Shown: one piece after another, positions 10,219 to 20,119 of the stretch | Layout: each line of letters begins with the position of its first letter | How positions within the stretch are numbered: the first letter of the stretch is position 1 | Origin: an uncultured Bacilli bacterium | Lineage (GTDB): Bacteria; Bacillota_I; Bacilli_A; RF39; UBA660 | Direction: 5' to 3' | Length of the DNA: 62,676 bases | Assembly: GCA_934130485.1 (NCBI GenBank) | Contig: CAKOYE010000001.1 | Span: 1 to 62,676, forward strand | Translations under genes and position numbers: made by a program | Notes under the pieces: generated by a model | Told to the model about the DNA's origin: nothing | What the model saw: the letters and a program-made list of their open reading frames with translations, nothing else | Databases searched by the model: none

Positions 10219-10309
10219 TATACTTGCGTATCTGCAGTAAGGCTATCTTTCTGTAGAAAGAAAAAAGATTATAATGAGCAGTATTAGAATAAATACTTTA
10301 TATTATGTA

Positions 10310-10343
10310 CTATAAAAATACTTGAAAAAAAATATAAAAAATG
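10310..10343 (+). repeat. Copy 2 of the 34-bp duplicated promoter module
   Basis: Identical to 9076-9109 and positioned the same distance upstream of the second pilin gene. Confidence 0.7.
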
Positions 10344-10377
10344 TTATCCTATAAATATAGAAAGTAGTTGATTATAG

Positions 10378-10824
10378 ATGAAGAATAGTAAAGGTTTTAC
10401 ACTTATTGAATTGATGGCAGTAATTATAATTTTAGCTGTTATTGGTTTAATTGTTTTTCCTACTGCAATTGAGTCTATTAATGAATCAAAGGAAAAATTA
10501 TATAAAGAACAAGTTAAAAGATTGCTTGATGCTACTGATAGTTGGGCATCAAATAATGATAGTAAACTTCCTACTGGTAATGAAACAGTATATATCACAA
10601 TTGATACTTTAAAAAAAGCTGGATTAATAAAAAAAGAGGATGTAAAAAATCCTTTGAATAGTAAATCAAATATGTATGAAAAAATTGTAATATATTTTGA
10701 CAGTGAATATAATCAATATGTTTCTGGTTATTGTGATGAAGAATATAGTGAGTATTATTATACAGATGAAGAATTTAATGTAATAAAAAGTAAATGTGAT
10801 ATTGCGCAAGAAGTATCTGATTAA
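10378..10824 (+). CDS. Type IV pilin / ComGC-PulG-like pseudopilin (148 aa)
   Basis: MKNSKG/FTLIELMAVIIILAVIGLIVFP prepilin cleavage/methylation motif. Confidence 0.8.
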   Translation: MKNSKGFTLIELMAVIIILAVIGLIVFPTAIESINESKEKLYKEQVKRLLDATDSWASNNDSKLPTGNETVYITIDTLKKAGLIKKEDVKNPLNSKSNMYEKIVIYFDSEYNQYVSGYCDEEYSEYYYTDEEFNVIKSKCDIAQEVSD

Positions 10825-12116
10825 TTTTTCAGATATTTTTTTGTGTAATAAATGTGGTGAAGTGTTATATAAATTGTTCCCAAACTTGTTGCAATGATAA
10901 GTCCCCATAATCCAATTTTTAAATTCAAGAAAATTATAAGAGCACTAGTTTTAATTATAATTCCTATAAGTGTTCCAATCATCGCACATTTTGCTTTATT
11001 CATAGCTTGTAGGCTGCTTGTAAGTGGTGACTGGATATAATGTAAAATAAATATTGGAGCTAAAACTCTTATATAAGTAATTCCTTCATTTGTATTATAA
11101 ATTGTTTTAAGTAAAAATTCTGGAAAAATCATAAAAATAATTGTTGCTGGAATTCCAATAATTAGCGAGAAAAAAATTGCTTGGCGAATTTTCTTTTTTG
11201 TATAGTTTAATTCATTATTACAATATGAATTACTTACTACAGGTAGGAGCGCTTGCGAAATAGCTAATGTGAAAAAAGATGGTAACATAAGTAGTGGCAT
11301 AACATAACCATTTATAATTCCATATTCAGTTACAATAAAATTATTTGTATAACCGATTTTTAATAAAATATTTGTAACAATAATTGGCTCAAAAAAGTAA
11401 GCAATATTACCTAAAATTCTACTTCCTGTAGATGGAATACTTATATTAAATATATTTTTAATATTTTTCTTATTTGGAATAATATCTTCTTTTTTTAAAC
11501 TAAAATTTTTAGGTAAAAATATAAATAATACAATTATTGATGTTATTTCACTTAATATATTTGATAGTACAATAAAACTAATTGCGCTATAAATTCCTTT
11601 TTGTATAAAAATAGGAATTCCAAATAATAGTGTAATAAGTCTTATAATGTCTTCTGTTATATTAGAAACGACGTGTGGTAACATTTTTTGTTTGCCAAAA
11701 AAATAGCTTCTTAAAATACTTGAAATACTAATGAAAGGTAAAACAAGTCCTACACATAATAATGGTGTTTTTAAATTTGGATCTTTTAGTAAATTTGTAG
11801 ATAAAAATCCACTAAAAAATAGTAAAAATATAATTATGATTATATTTATTATAATAGAGACTGGTAGTATAGAAAAAACTATATTTTTATTATTACCTTT
11901 GTCTTCTGCAACTAATTTACTGATAGCTACTGGAAAACCTAATTGAGCAATTGTTATAAGTAACATAAATGTTGGTGAAATCATCATGTAAAGTCCAATT
12001 CCTTCAGTTCCTATTAAACGAGTCATTACTATTTTTATAAGCATACCTAATATTTTTGTTATAAATCCTCCGATTATTAAAATTATAGTTGATTTAACAA
12101 ATTTGCTTTTTTTCAT
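10821..12116 (-). CDS. spoVB: MOP-superfamily flippase, SpoVB-like
   Basis: N-terminus KSTIILIIGGFITKILGMLIKIVMTRLIGTEGIGLYMM is typical of SpoVB/MurJ-like proteins. It has many TM segments and sits divergent from comN-secDF, as in B. subtilis. Confidence 0.7.
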   Translation of the reverse strand: MKKSKFVKSTIILIIGGFITKILGMLIKIVMTRLIGTEGIGLYMMISPTFMLLITIAQLGFPVAISKLVAEDKGNNKNIVFSILPVSIIINIIIIIFLLFFSGFLSTNLLKDPNLKTPLLCVGLVLPFISISSILRSYFFGKQKMLPHVVSNITEDIIRLITLLFGIPIFIQKGIYSAISFIVLSNILSEITSIIVLFIFLPKNFSLKKEDIIPNKKNIKNIFNISIPSTGSRILGNIAYFFEPIIVTNILLKIGYTNNFIVTEYGIINGYVMPLLMLPSFFTLAISQALLPVVSNSYCNNELNYTKKKIRQAIFFSLIIGIPATIIFMIFPEFLLKTIYNTNEGITYIRVLAPIFILHYIQSPLTSSLQAMNKAKCAMIGTLIGIIIKTSALIIFLNLKIGLWGLIIATSLGTIYITLHHIYYTKKYLKN

Positions 12117-12197
12117 AAATTCTCCTTTAAAAATAGATATTTTTAATATATAATATATTATGTAAGTATTTTAAAAATTATTTATTGGAGGGTAGTT

Positions 12198-12506
12198 ATG
12201 CAAGAAAATAATAGCGATATTGTCTTTAATTCACTTCAAGAATTATATTTGAGAATAAAACCTGCTCTTTATGCTAGAAAATGTGAAATGATAAGAAATG
12301 GTTATAGTTATATAACAGAGGAAGATATTTGGAACTATTTTAAAGAAAGTAAATGGAAAAATTCAAATAATTTGAGTTTACATGAAATGGTAAGTGATGT
12401 ATTTAATTGTGATGAAGTTTTGATTGATGCTTACTTAAAGGAAAAATTAAATCAAAAAAATCGCAATTTATATTTTAATAGTGAGGATGATGTACATGAA
12501 GAATAA
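12198..12506 (+). CDS. comN: ComN (YrzD)-like post-transcriptional regulator
   Basis: About 100 aa with ITEEDIWNYFKESKWKN...LHEMVSDV. It lies immediately upstream of and overlaps secDF, matching B. subtilis spoVB-comN-secDF. Confidence 0.6.
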   Translation: MQENNSDIVFNSLQELYLRIKPALYARKCEMIRNGYSYITEEDIWNYFKESKWKNSNNLSLHEMVSDVFNCDEVLIDAYLKEKLNQKNRNLYFNSEDDVHEE

Positions 12507-14796
12507 ATTTATTAAAAATCTAATATTTATCATTATTTCTTTGTTTTTAGTATGTTTTATTTCAATTAGTTTGTTCAAAGATATGAAATTTGGACTTGAT
12601 CTTCAAGGTGGTTTTGAAATTCTTTACCAAGTTAAGAGTATTGACGGAGAAGAAGTAACAAGTGACATGGTAAAAAGTACTTACAAAACACTTTTAAGAA
12701 GAATTGATGGACTAGGTGTATCTGAACCAGAACTTTCAATTGAAGGTGACAGAATTAGAGTAAAATTAGCTGGTGTTTATGATCAAGATAGCGCTATTTC
12801 AATGCTTAATCGTGCCGCTTCTTTAACTTTTAGAGATACTAGTGATAATTTACTTATGACAAGTGATGTTTTAAAAAGTGGTGGTGCTAAAGTTAGTCAA
12901 GACCAATATGGAAATTATGTTGTAGGTCTTAGTATAGCTGATAAAGAAAAATTTTATAAAGTTACTAAGAGCGTAAGTGAAATGACAGATAATAGAATAG
13001 TAATTTGGCTTGATTTTGATGAGGCAACAGATAAATATACAAATTACCAAACTACTTGTGGAAAAGTAGATAGTAAAGATGCTATCGCAAGTATTAAATG
13101 TTTATCTAGTGCTACTGTTAGTGAAGGCTTTGCAGATGACGTTATAATTCAAGGTAATTTTGAAAAAGAAGAAGTTGAAAATTTAGTTGATTTAATTAAC
13201 TCAGGAAGTTTAACAACAAAATTAGAAGAGATTTCTTCTCAAGTTGTAACTGCTTCATTTGGTGAAGATTCCCTTACAAAAACAATTACTGCTGGTGTAA
13301 TTGGTATCGCTTTAATTTTTGTTTTAATGATAGCTATTTATCGTTTTTCAGGATTTGTAGCAAGTGTTGGAATGATGATTTATACTTGTGTTACATTATT
13401 TGTATTTTGGTTAATTGGTGGGGTTTTAACTTTACCTGGTATTGCTGCTATGATTATAGGAATAGGTATGGCAATTGATGCTAATGTAATAAATTTTTCA
13501 AGAATTAAGGATGAATTATATGAAGGTACAAAATTACAAATGGCTTATAAAAATGGTAATAAAAATTCATTTATGTCAATTTTTGACTCAAATGTAACAA
13601 CTCTTTTAGTTGCAATAATCTTATTTATTTTTGGTGAAAGTAGTGTTAAAGGATTCGCAACTATGTTAATAATAAGTACACTTGTAACGATGGTTATAAT
13701 GGTATTTTTAACAAGATGGTTGTTAGGACTATTTGTAAAAACTGGATATTTCGATAATAAACTTACAAGTTTTATTGGAGTTAAAAAGAGTGATATACCA
13801 AGTCTTGAAAAAGGCGAAAAAAGAACAAAGCAAAATTTCTCTAATGTTGATTTTGTTGGAAAACATCGTATGATAATAATATTTACTGTTATTTTTATGA
13901 CTGTTAGTGTTATATCACTTTGTGTAAATAAATTAAATTTAGGAATTGATTTTAAGGGAGGATCTTCTATAACTTTAGTAAGTGATAACGAAATCAAAGA
14001 ATCTGACTTAGAAGATGATATTAAATCACTTAATTATGATTTAAGTAATATTGAATATTTAGCTGATAATAGTATTGTTATAACAATTAGTGATGAATTA
14101 AGTGATCAAAGTGAAAGCAATAATGAAAAAGAGATTGTAAAATCATATTTTAAAGATAAATATGATGCTGAGGTATCTATTGGTGTTGTTACAAATGTTG
14201 TAAAACAAGAATTAGTTAAAAATGCCTTTATTTCACTTATAATTGCGATTATTGGTATTGTTATTTACGTATCATTAAGATTTAGTTTTAGTTATGCTGT
14301 TGGTGGAATTCTTGCTTTAATATGGGATGCATTCTTTATAGTTGCCTTATTCAGCATTTTAAAGCTTGAAGTAGGTAGTATATTTATTGCCGCAATATTA
14401 TCAATTATTGGTTATTCTATAAACGATACAATTGTCACATTTGATAGAGTAAGAGAAAATATTGATAAAATATATAAAGGAAAAATTAATAAAAAAGAAG
14501 ATTTAAAATCTGTTATTAATTTAAGTTTAGCTCAAACTTTACTAAGAAGTTTAGTTACAACAATTACTACATTAATTCCGGTTGTATGTTTAGTTTTATT
14601 TGGTTCTGGTGAAATATTTAATTTCAACATTGCGTTATTATTTGGTTTAGTATCTGGTGTATATTCTTCAATCTTTATTGCGACTCAAGTTTTCTATTTT
14701 TTAGAAAAGAAAAATATTGGTAAACCTGCAAAGAAAAAATGGTATGAAGATGATAATGATGTATCAGAAAAAAAGATAAAAGGAATTAATTGTTAA
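12496..14796 (+). CDS. secDF: Fused protein-export membrane protein SecDF
   Basis: Two 6-TM SecD/SecF modules with a large first periplasmic loop: LDLQGGFEILYQV and GIDFKGGSSITL. Start probably MKNKFIK. Confidence 0.9.
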   Translation: MKNKFIKNLIFIIISLFLVCFISISLFKDMKFGLDLQGGFEILYQVKSIDGEEVTSDMVKSTYKTLLRRIDGLGVSEPELSIEGDRIRVKLAGVYDQDSAISMLNRAASLTFRDTSDNLLMTSDVLKSGGAKVSQDQYGNYVVGLSIADKEKFYKVTKSVSEMTDNRIVIWLDFDEATDKYTNYQTTCGKVDSKDAIASIKCLSSATVSEGFADDVIIQGNFEKEEVENLVDLINSGSLTTKLEEISSQVVTASFGEDSLTKTITAGVIGIALIFVLMIAIYRFSGFVASVGMMIYTCVTLFVFWLIGGVLTLPGIAAMIIGIGMAIDANVINFSRIKDELYEGTKLQMAYKNGNKNSFMSIFDSNVTTLLVAIILFIFGESSVKGFATMLIISTLVTMVIMVFLTRWLLGLFVKTGYFDNKLTSFIGVKKSDIPSLEKGEKRTKQNFSNVDFVGKHRMIIIFTVIFMTVSVISLCVNKLNLGIDFKGGSSITLVSDNEIKESDLEDDIKSLNYDLSNIEYLADNSIVITISDELSDQSESNNEKEIVKSYFKDKYDAEVSIGVVTNVVKQELVKNAFISLIIAIIGIVIYVSLRFSFSYAVGGILALIWDAFFIVALFSILKLEVGSIFIAAILSIIGYSINDTIVTFDRVRENIDKIYKGKINKKEDLKSVINLSLAQTLLRSLVTTITTLIPVVCLVLFGSGEIFNFNIALLFGLVSGVYSSIFIATQVFYFLEKKNIGKPAKKKWYEDDNDVSEKKIKGINC

Positions 14797-14809
14797 ATAT
14801 TTTGTTTTT

Positions 14810-14845
14810 CAATAGGCAAAGAATTCTTTGTCTATTGATTTATTT
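14810..14845 (+). terminator. Intrinsic terminator after secDF
   Basis: 12-bp stem caataggcaaag / aatt / ctttgtctattg (one G-U pair) followed by atttattt. Confidence 0.55.
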
Positions 14846-14859
14846 AAGAAGGTGATTAT

Positions 14860-17034
14860 ATGACAAAGAAAAATTTTTCATTAACAATAGATGATATTAT
14901 TGGAGCAGTTAGTGATTATATAACTGATAGTAAAGAAATAGAAAAAATCAAAGATGCTTATAATTATGCTGCCTTAAAACACTTTGGTCAAAAAAGATTA
15001 ACAGGTGAAGAATATATCGAACACCCTTTAAATGTTGCATATATTTTGACGGATATAAATGCAGACTATCAAACAATTTGTGCAGCACTTTTGCATGATG
15101 TAATCGAAGACTGCAATGTATCTGAAGAAGAATTTAAAGAACATTTTGGCGAAGAAATTTTTACACTTGTTGATGGTGTTACAAAAATTAATAAATTAAA
15201 TTTTTCTGGAGATACAGAAGTAATGATTGCTAATCATAGAAAAATTTTGGTAGGTCTTTCTAAGGATGTTAGAGTTATTATAATAAAATTAGCCGATAGA
15301 CTTCATAATATGCGTACTCTTTGGGTTCATAGTGAGGCGAAACAAAAGGAAAAAGCAAAGGAAACTTTGGATATTTTAACACCTATTGCCCATAGACTTG
15401 GTATGTTTAAAATTAAAAGTGAATTAGAAGATTTGTCACTACGTTATTATAAACCAGATGTATATTTTTCAATTGTAGAAAAATTAAATCAAACTAAAGT
15501 TGAGCGAGATTCAATTGTAGAAGCTATGGTAAAAAAAGTTTCTGAACTTTTAGATAGTCAAAATATTAAATATGAAATTAAAGGTAGATCAAAAAGTATT
15601 TATAGTATATATAAGAAACTTGATAAGGGTAAAAAATTTAGCGATATATATGATTTATTAGCACTTAGAGTTTTAGTTGATAATGTAAGTGAATGTTATC
15701 AAGCATTAGGTTTAATTCATTCAATATATCATCCACTACCAAAAAGATTTAAAGATTATATTGCGATGCCAAAAACAAATATGTATCAATCACTTCATAC
15801 AACTGTAATTGGACTTGATGGATATTTTTTTGAAATTCAAATTCGTACTCACGAAATGGATAGAATTGCTGAAAAAGGTATTGCGGCACATTGGTCATAT
15901 AAAGAAAAAGGTAGTAATGTATCTGCAAGTATGCAGAATACTATGGAACAAAAATTACAATTTTTCAGATCTATTATTGAACTTAGAGATGAAGAGGAAA
16001 GTGACAAACAATTTGTTGATTCAGTAAAAGAAGAAGTTTTTAATCATACAATTTATGTTTTTACACCAGGTGGTGATGTTATTGAATTACCTAACGGTTC
16101 AACTCCTATAGATTTTGCGTACCGAATACATTCTGATGTAGGAGATAAAATGGTAGGAGCTTTAGTAAATGGTAATATTGTTCCAATTGATTATAAACTT
16201 CAAAGTAATGATGTTGTAAAAATTAATACAAATAAAAATTCGCCTGGCCCAAGTAGAGAATGGTTAAATATCGCTTATACTACACAAGCAAGAAATAAAA
16301 TTAGAACATTTTTCAATAAAATTGATAAAAATGATTATTTGAAAAAAGGACAAGAAATAATTACTAAAGAATTAAGAAAAAGAAAAATTAATGTTAATGA
16401 TTTCTATAGTCAAGAAAATATTGATAAGGTATTAAATGAATTCAAATTAGAAAATGCTGATGATATGCATATATCACTTGGAAATAATAAAATTGCGATT
16501 GGTCAAATTATGAATTATTTATATAATGACTCAATAACTAAGCAAGAAATTATTTTAAAGAAGGCACAAAATAACACAAACACAAAAAATAAAATAAATA
16601 AAAATGATGTTGTTGTTGAAGGCATAGATGATATTAAAGTAAATATAGCCTCATGTTGTGCTCCAATTCCTGGTGATAAAATTGTAGGATACATTACAAA
16701 AGGATATGGTATTAATATTCATAGAACCAATTGTCCAAATGTCTTTGAATTTAATGAAAGATTAATTGATGTTCATTGGAATTTTGAAATTCAAAACAAA
16801 TATTCAACTAATATTCTTATTAGTGCTGATCAAGATACTGATATTTTACTTAACATCATATCTAAAACATCTAATGAAGATATTAAAGTACAAAGCATAA
16901 ACTCATTAAATTCTAAGGAATATTTTATGTATGAAATCAAAATATTGGTTCCTGATACTGAAAAATTAGAAAATTTTATGAATGAAATTAGAACTATTCC
17001 ACATATCATTAAAGTAGAAAGAAGTATTAAATAA
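14860..17034 (+). CDS. relA: Bifunctional (p)ppGpp synthetase/hydrolase (RelA/SpoT homologue)
   Basis: HD hydrolase motif LLHDVIEDC, synthetase region DLLALRVLV...MPKTNMYQSLHTTV, TGS and C-terminal ACT-like region. 724 aa. Confidence 0.92.
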   Translation: MTKKNFSLTIDDIIGAVSDYITDSKEIEKIKDAYNYAALKHFGQKRLTGEEYIEHPLNVAYILTDINADYQTICAALLHDVIEDCNVSEEEFKEHFGEEIFTLVDGVTKINKLNFSGDTEVMIANHRKILVGLSKDVRVIIIKLADRLHNMRTLWVHSEAKQKEKAKETLDILTPIAHRLGMFKIKSELEDLSLRYYKPDVYFSIVEKLNQTKVERDSIVEAMVKKVSELLDSQNIKYEIKGRSKSIYSIYKKLDKGKKFSDIYDLLALRVLVDNVSECYQALGLIHSIYHPLPKRFKDYIAMPKTNMYQSLHTTVIGLDGYFFEIQIRTHEMDRIAEKGIAAHWSYKEKGSNVSASMQNTMEQKLQFFRSIIELRDEEESDKQFVDSVKEEVFNHTIYVFTPGGDVIELPNGSTPIDFAYRIHSDVGDKMVGALVNGNIVPIDYKLQSNDVVKINTNKNSPGPSREWLNIAYTTQARNKIRTFFNKIDKNDYLKKGQEIITKELRKRKINVNDFYSQENIDKVLNEFKLENADDMHISLGNNKIAIGQIMNYLYNDSITKQEIILKKAQNNTNTKNKINKNDVVVEGIDDIKVNIASCCAPIPGDKIVGYITKGYGINIHRTNCPNVFEFNERLIDVHWNFEIQNKYSTNILISADQDTDILLNIISKTSNEDIKVQSINSLNSKEYFMYEIKILVPDTEKLENFMNEIRTIPHIIKVERSIK

Positions 17035-17057
17035 TTAAGAGAGTAGGTAATATATTT

Positions 17058-18107
17058 GTGAAAAACAAGTTAAATTATCGGTTAATAAATCTTGCTTTAA
17101 TATGTGTAATAATATATTTGGTATATAAATGCAGAAATTTATGGTTAATTATATTTAAAACAATTTACAAAATATTGTTACCATTTATTTCTGCTTTTTT
17201 TATATCATATATAATTTATCCATTTTTAAATTATTTAAAATCAAAAAAAATTCCTTTACCGCTTGGAATAATTATAATAATTATTATTGCGTTAGGAATT
17301 ATAGTAATTACATTTTCCTTAATTTTTCCTTCATTATTTGACCAAATTGTTTCATTAATTAATTATATAATTACATTTATAAATAGAATTTCTATAAAAT
17401 ATAATATTGATTTATTAGATTTTGAAAAATATTTATATGAAATTATAAAATATTTAGGAAAATATATTTCTAGTAGTGCTGTTTTAGTTATAAATAGTGT
17501 TATAGGATATATAACTCAAACATTTATAGTTTCAACATTAAGTATTTATTTTTTAATAGATATGGAAAAAATAAGAAAAATATTGAAAAAATTACTAAAA
17601 AATAATTATAGAAATTTTGAATGTGTAAAAATAATAGATTCTGAATTAAGAAAATATTTTATTGCTTTCTTCAAAATTATTATTATATCTTTTTTTGAAT
17701 ATAGTTTATGTTATATAGCTATTGGTCATCCAAACGCAATTATTTTAGGTGTTTTGGCAGCACTATTAGGAATTATTCCATATTTTGGAGGTATAATAAC
17801 AAATATTATAGCTTTAATAACGTCATTTACAATTGGAATACCACTTTTTATAAAAACTTTAGTAGTACTTATTATTCTTTCTATTATTGATGGATATGTA
17901 ATAAATCCTTATATTTATGGTAAAAGTAATAAAATTCATCCACTTATAATTATTTTTTCCTGTATAGGAGGTAATATATTAGGTGGAATACTAGGTATGT
18001 TTTTATCGCTTCCTTTAACAATAATAATTGTGACAATTATAAAATATTATAGAGAAAATATTTATGGATTTAAAAATAAAATAAAAAGTATTTATATAAA
18101 ATATTGA
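17058..18107 (+). CDS. AI-2E family transporter (PerM/YtvI-like)
   Basis: Eight or so TM segments with the conserved C-terminal ...GIIPYFGG...GGILGMFLSLPL pattern. GTG start. Confidence 0.8.
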   Translation: MKNKLNYRLINLALICVIIYLVYKCRNLWLIIFKTIYKILLPFISAFFISYIIYPFLNYLKSKKIPLPLGIIIIIIIALGIIVITFSLIFPSLFDQIVSLINYIITFINRISIKYNIDLLDFEKYLYEIIKYLGKYISSSAVLVINSVIGYITQTFIVSTLSIYFLIDMEKIRKILKKLLKNNYRNFECVKIIDSELRKYFIAFFKIIIISFFEYSLCYIAIGHPNAIILGVLAALLGIIPYFGGIITNIIALITSFTIGIPLFIKTLVVLIILSIIDGYVINPYIYGKSNKIHPLIIIFSCIGGNILGGILGMFLSLPLTIIIVTIIKYYRENIYGFKNKIKSIYIKY

Positions 18108-18144
18108 CTATTATTATTTTTTTTCGTATAATTTAAGTATATTA

Positions 18145-18335
18145 ATTATTGATTTAGAGGAGTAATAATATTTATTTTTAAGAGAAAATACGGTTGGTGA
18201 AAGTATTTAAAACAAATATTATGAAAGACACTAATGTTAGATAATCGTTTTCTGCGTTAAAGAATGAGTGTATAGTTATCGATAAAATAAGGTGGTACCG
18301 CGATAATTCGTCCTTATATTTTATGGATTTTTTTA
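18145..18335 (+). promoter_or_regulatory. T-box leader (tRNA-sensing riboswitch) with intrinsic terminator
   Basis: AGTA box 18161-64. Stem I helix ataatattt (18165-73) pairs with aaatattat (18214-22). Distal tggtgaaag loop. Specifier loop gaaaGACACta (18224-34). F-box gcgtta. T-box sequence aaataaGGTGGTACCGCG (18291-18302). Terminator ataaaataagg (18282-92) pairs with ccttatattttat (18312-24), followed by a T-run. Confidence 0.85.
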
Positions 18336-18506
18336 TTAAATTTTAAAAAGAACATCTGGTAAAAGTCAATAGATAGTTCTTGGCAGGTTTTGCATAGTAA
18401 ACTGCCTTATCAAATAAATTATTGCATGTAAAAGGAGTTTTAGTTAATTTTGAACTAAAACATACATCTGTTCGCTATATTAAATACTCGTATCTAATAT
18501 AGCGAA

Positions 18507-19787
18507 CTAATTGTTCTTTGAATTTTGAACCGAGTTAATTGGTTTGTAATATTGATTTTTTCGCAGCAATCCAAAAATCAATCTTTCAAGTTTACGAGCA
18601 GATAAAACGAGTGCACGTTTATGTTGATGCTTGGTAACTTCATCATATTTAAGATTATAAAAATCTTTAATAAATGGGAAGTTCTGTCTAACACAGGAAG
18701 CAGTAGCTTCGACTAAATAATAACGTAAATACTTGTTAGACTTTTTAGAAGATTTTTTGTCTTGAGAATCAAATTCTCCAGACTGATTTCTTTTCCAATA
18801 AAGCCCTGAATATTTAGCAAGTTTAGAATTGTGTGGAAACCTTTCAATATTACCAATTTCAGCCATAATTCCTGCAGCATAAACTTTACCAATACCACGT
18901 ATTGAGAGTAAAATATTATAAGTATTTGAATCTAATCCCAAAGCAGTAGATAAAATAGCTTTATCAATTCTTTTAAGTTGTTGTTGGTAAAATTTAATAG
19001 TGTTTAAGGAACAAGCAATGGCAATATTAATTGGTTCATAAGCAGTTTGATCTAATCTGTACGAAGCACGCATAGCTTTATTTAAAGCAGTTATTTTACC
19101 ATCTAGATTAGATGAATGGTTTTTGCTTTTTTCAGAAATAAAGTTAATAAGTTCTTCAACAGAAGATTCAGCGATTTGGTCTGGAGATTCAAACTCTTCT
19201 AGAAGAGCAGAGGAAGTTGCGCCAAACAAATCGGAAAAAGGCATTTCATTTTTGTTTAAAGATATTAATCCAGAGAAAGAAAGATATAAATTTGTCAAAA
19301 TATACGTTTTTTCTCTTATCAAATTTTTACAAATGTGATATCTTTGTCTTGTAAGACGTTGAAGTGCGATGTATTGGGAACCTTTAAAAGGAAATAAAGT
19401 TATAGTTCTACCAACTCTAGCATAGTCGGCAAGAACATAAGCATCAATGCCATCTTCTTTTTCTAAGTCATGAAAGCTTTTCTTATATTTATCAAAATCA
19501 CAAGCATTGATTTGATAAACTTCGGTATGAAAATTATTTAAATATTCATTAGAAGAAAAGAAACAAGCTGGATGGAAAGAATACATACCAGTAGCTTCCA
19601 TAACAATAATGACTTTTTCAAAAAAGAATTTATCCTCAATGTCTTTAATTTTATTAATAACCATTTCGTTTCCTTCTGGATTATTGGGAAACTTAAGGTT
19701 GAAATAAATATGTTGATCAAAATTCATAACACAAAATTGGTTACCTTTTAATGCAACATCAACACCAATGAATAAACAGTTTTGCAT
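18507..19787 (-). CDS. IS110-family transposase/recombinase
   Basis: N-terminal RuvC-like DEDD motif LFIGVDVALKGNQ. C-terminal IS116/IS110/IS902 domain LLSIRGIGKVYAAGIMAEIGNIERF. Preferred start is ATG 19787, 8 nt after AAGGGGG; the track start 19796 is a GTG. Confidence 0.9.
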   Translation of the reverse strand: MQNCLFIGVDVALKGNQFCVMNFDQHIYFNLKFPNNPEGNEMVINKIKDIEDKFFFEKVIIVMEATGMYSFHPACFFSSNEYLNNFHTEVYQINACDFDKYKKSFHDLEKEDGIDAYVLADYARVGRTITLFPFKGSQYIALQRLTRQRYHICKNLIREKTYILTNLYLSFSGLISLNKNEMPFSDLFGATSSALLEEFESPDQIAESSVEELINFISEKSKNHSSNLDGKITALNKAMRASYRLDQTAYEPINIAIACSLNTIKFYQQQLKRIDKAILSTALGLDSNTYNILLSIRGIGKVYAAGIMAEIGNIERFPHNSKLAKYSGLYWKRNQSGEFDSQDKKSSKKSNKYLRYYLVEATASCVRQNFPFIKDFYNLKYDEVTKHQHKRALVLSARKLERLIFGLLRKNQYYKPINSVQNSKNN

Positions 19788-19796
19788 AAGTAACAC

Positions 19797-20060
19797 CCCC
19801 TTTCATTAATAAATTTTTGTGAAACATAATAGACTACCAATACCCTTGCTTAAAAGTATAACAACAACCTCGTTATAAGAATACATCTTTGTTTAAGGAT
19901 AATTTGCTGCGATTAAACTTAAAAGAGAAACATCATCTGAGTTAGAAGGATAATAACTAATAAGAAGGGAAACATTCTTAAATAGTAAACACCTTAATTG
20001 GTTACAGGAGTTGACAGAATAGATCCTAGTTATTACATTTCGAAAAATATAATAACACAA
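19797..20060 (-). ncRNA. Candidate IS110 bridge RNA in the 5' non-coding arm
   Basis: About 260-370 nt of non-coding sequence lies upstream of the recombinase, more GC-rich than other intergenic DNA here. The 9-mer aaggataat occurs twice (19896-19904 and 19946-19954). The assignment rests on the published IS110 architecture, not on a fold I could verify. Confidence 0.3.
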
Positions 20061-20119
20061 GGGTATAAATAATCCAAAGTTTTTACTATTTTTACTTATA
20101 AAAATAAATATATAAGAAA

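Noticed and set aside
10286-10313. TATATTATGTA motif between the two pilin genes, resembling the dif core.
   Set aside because: The XerC-arm side needs a 7-nt insertion to align and the XerD arm diverges after TTATGTA. It is probably a chance AT-rich match.
12141-12168. dif-like string ...ATATATTATGTAA... in the spoVB/comN divergent promoter region.
   Set aside because: Only the central and inner XerD-arm 13 nt match. Both outer arms fail (about 5 of 12 on the XerC side and 0 of 3 at the end). It is far from the strand-bias switch, and the 42435-42462 site is a much better match.
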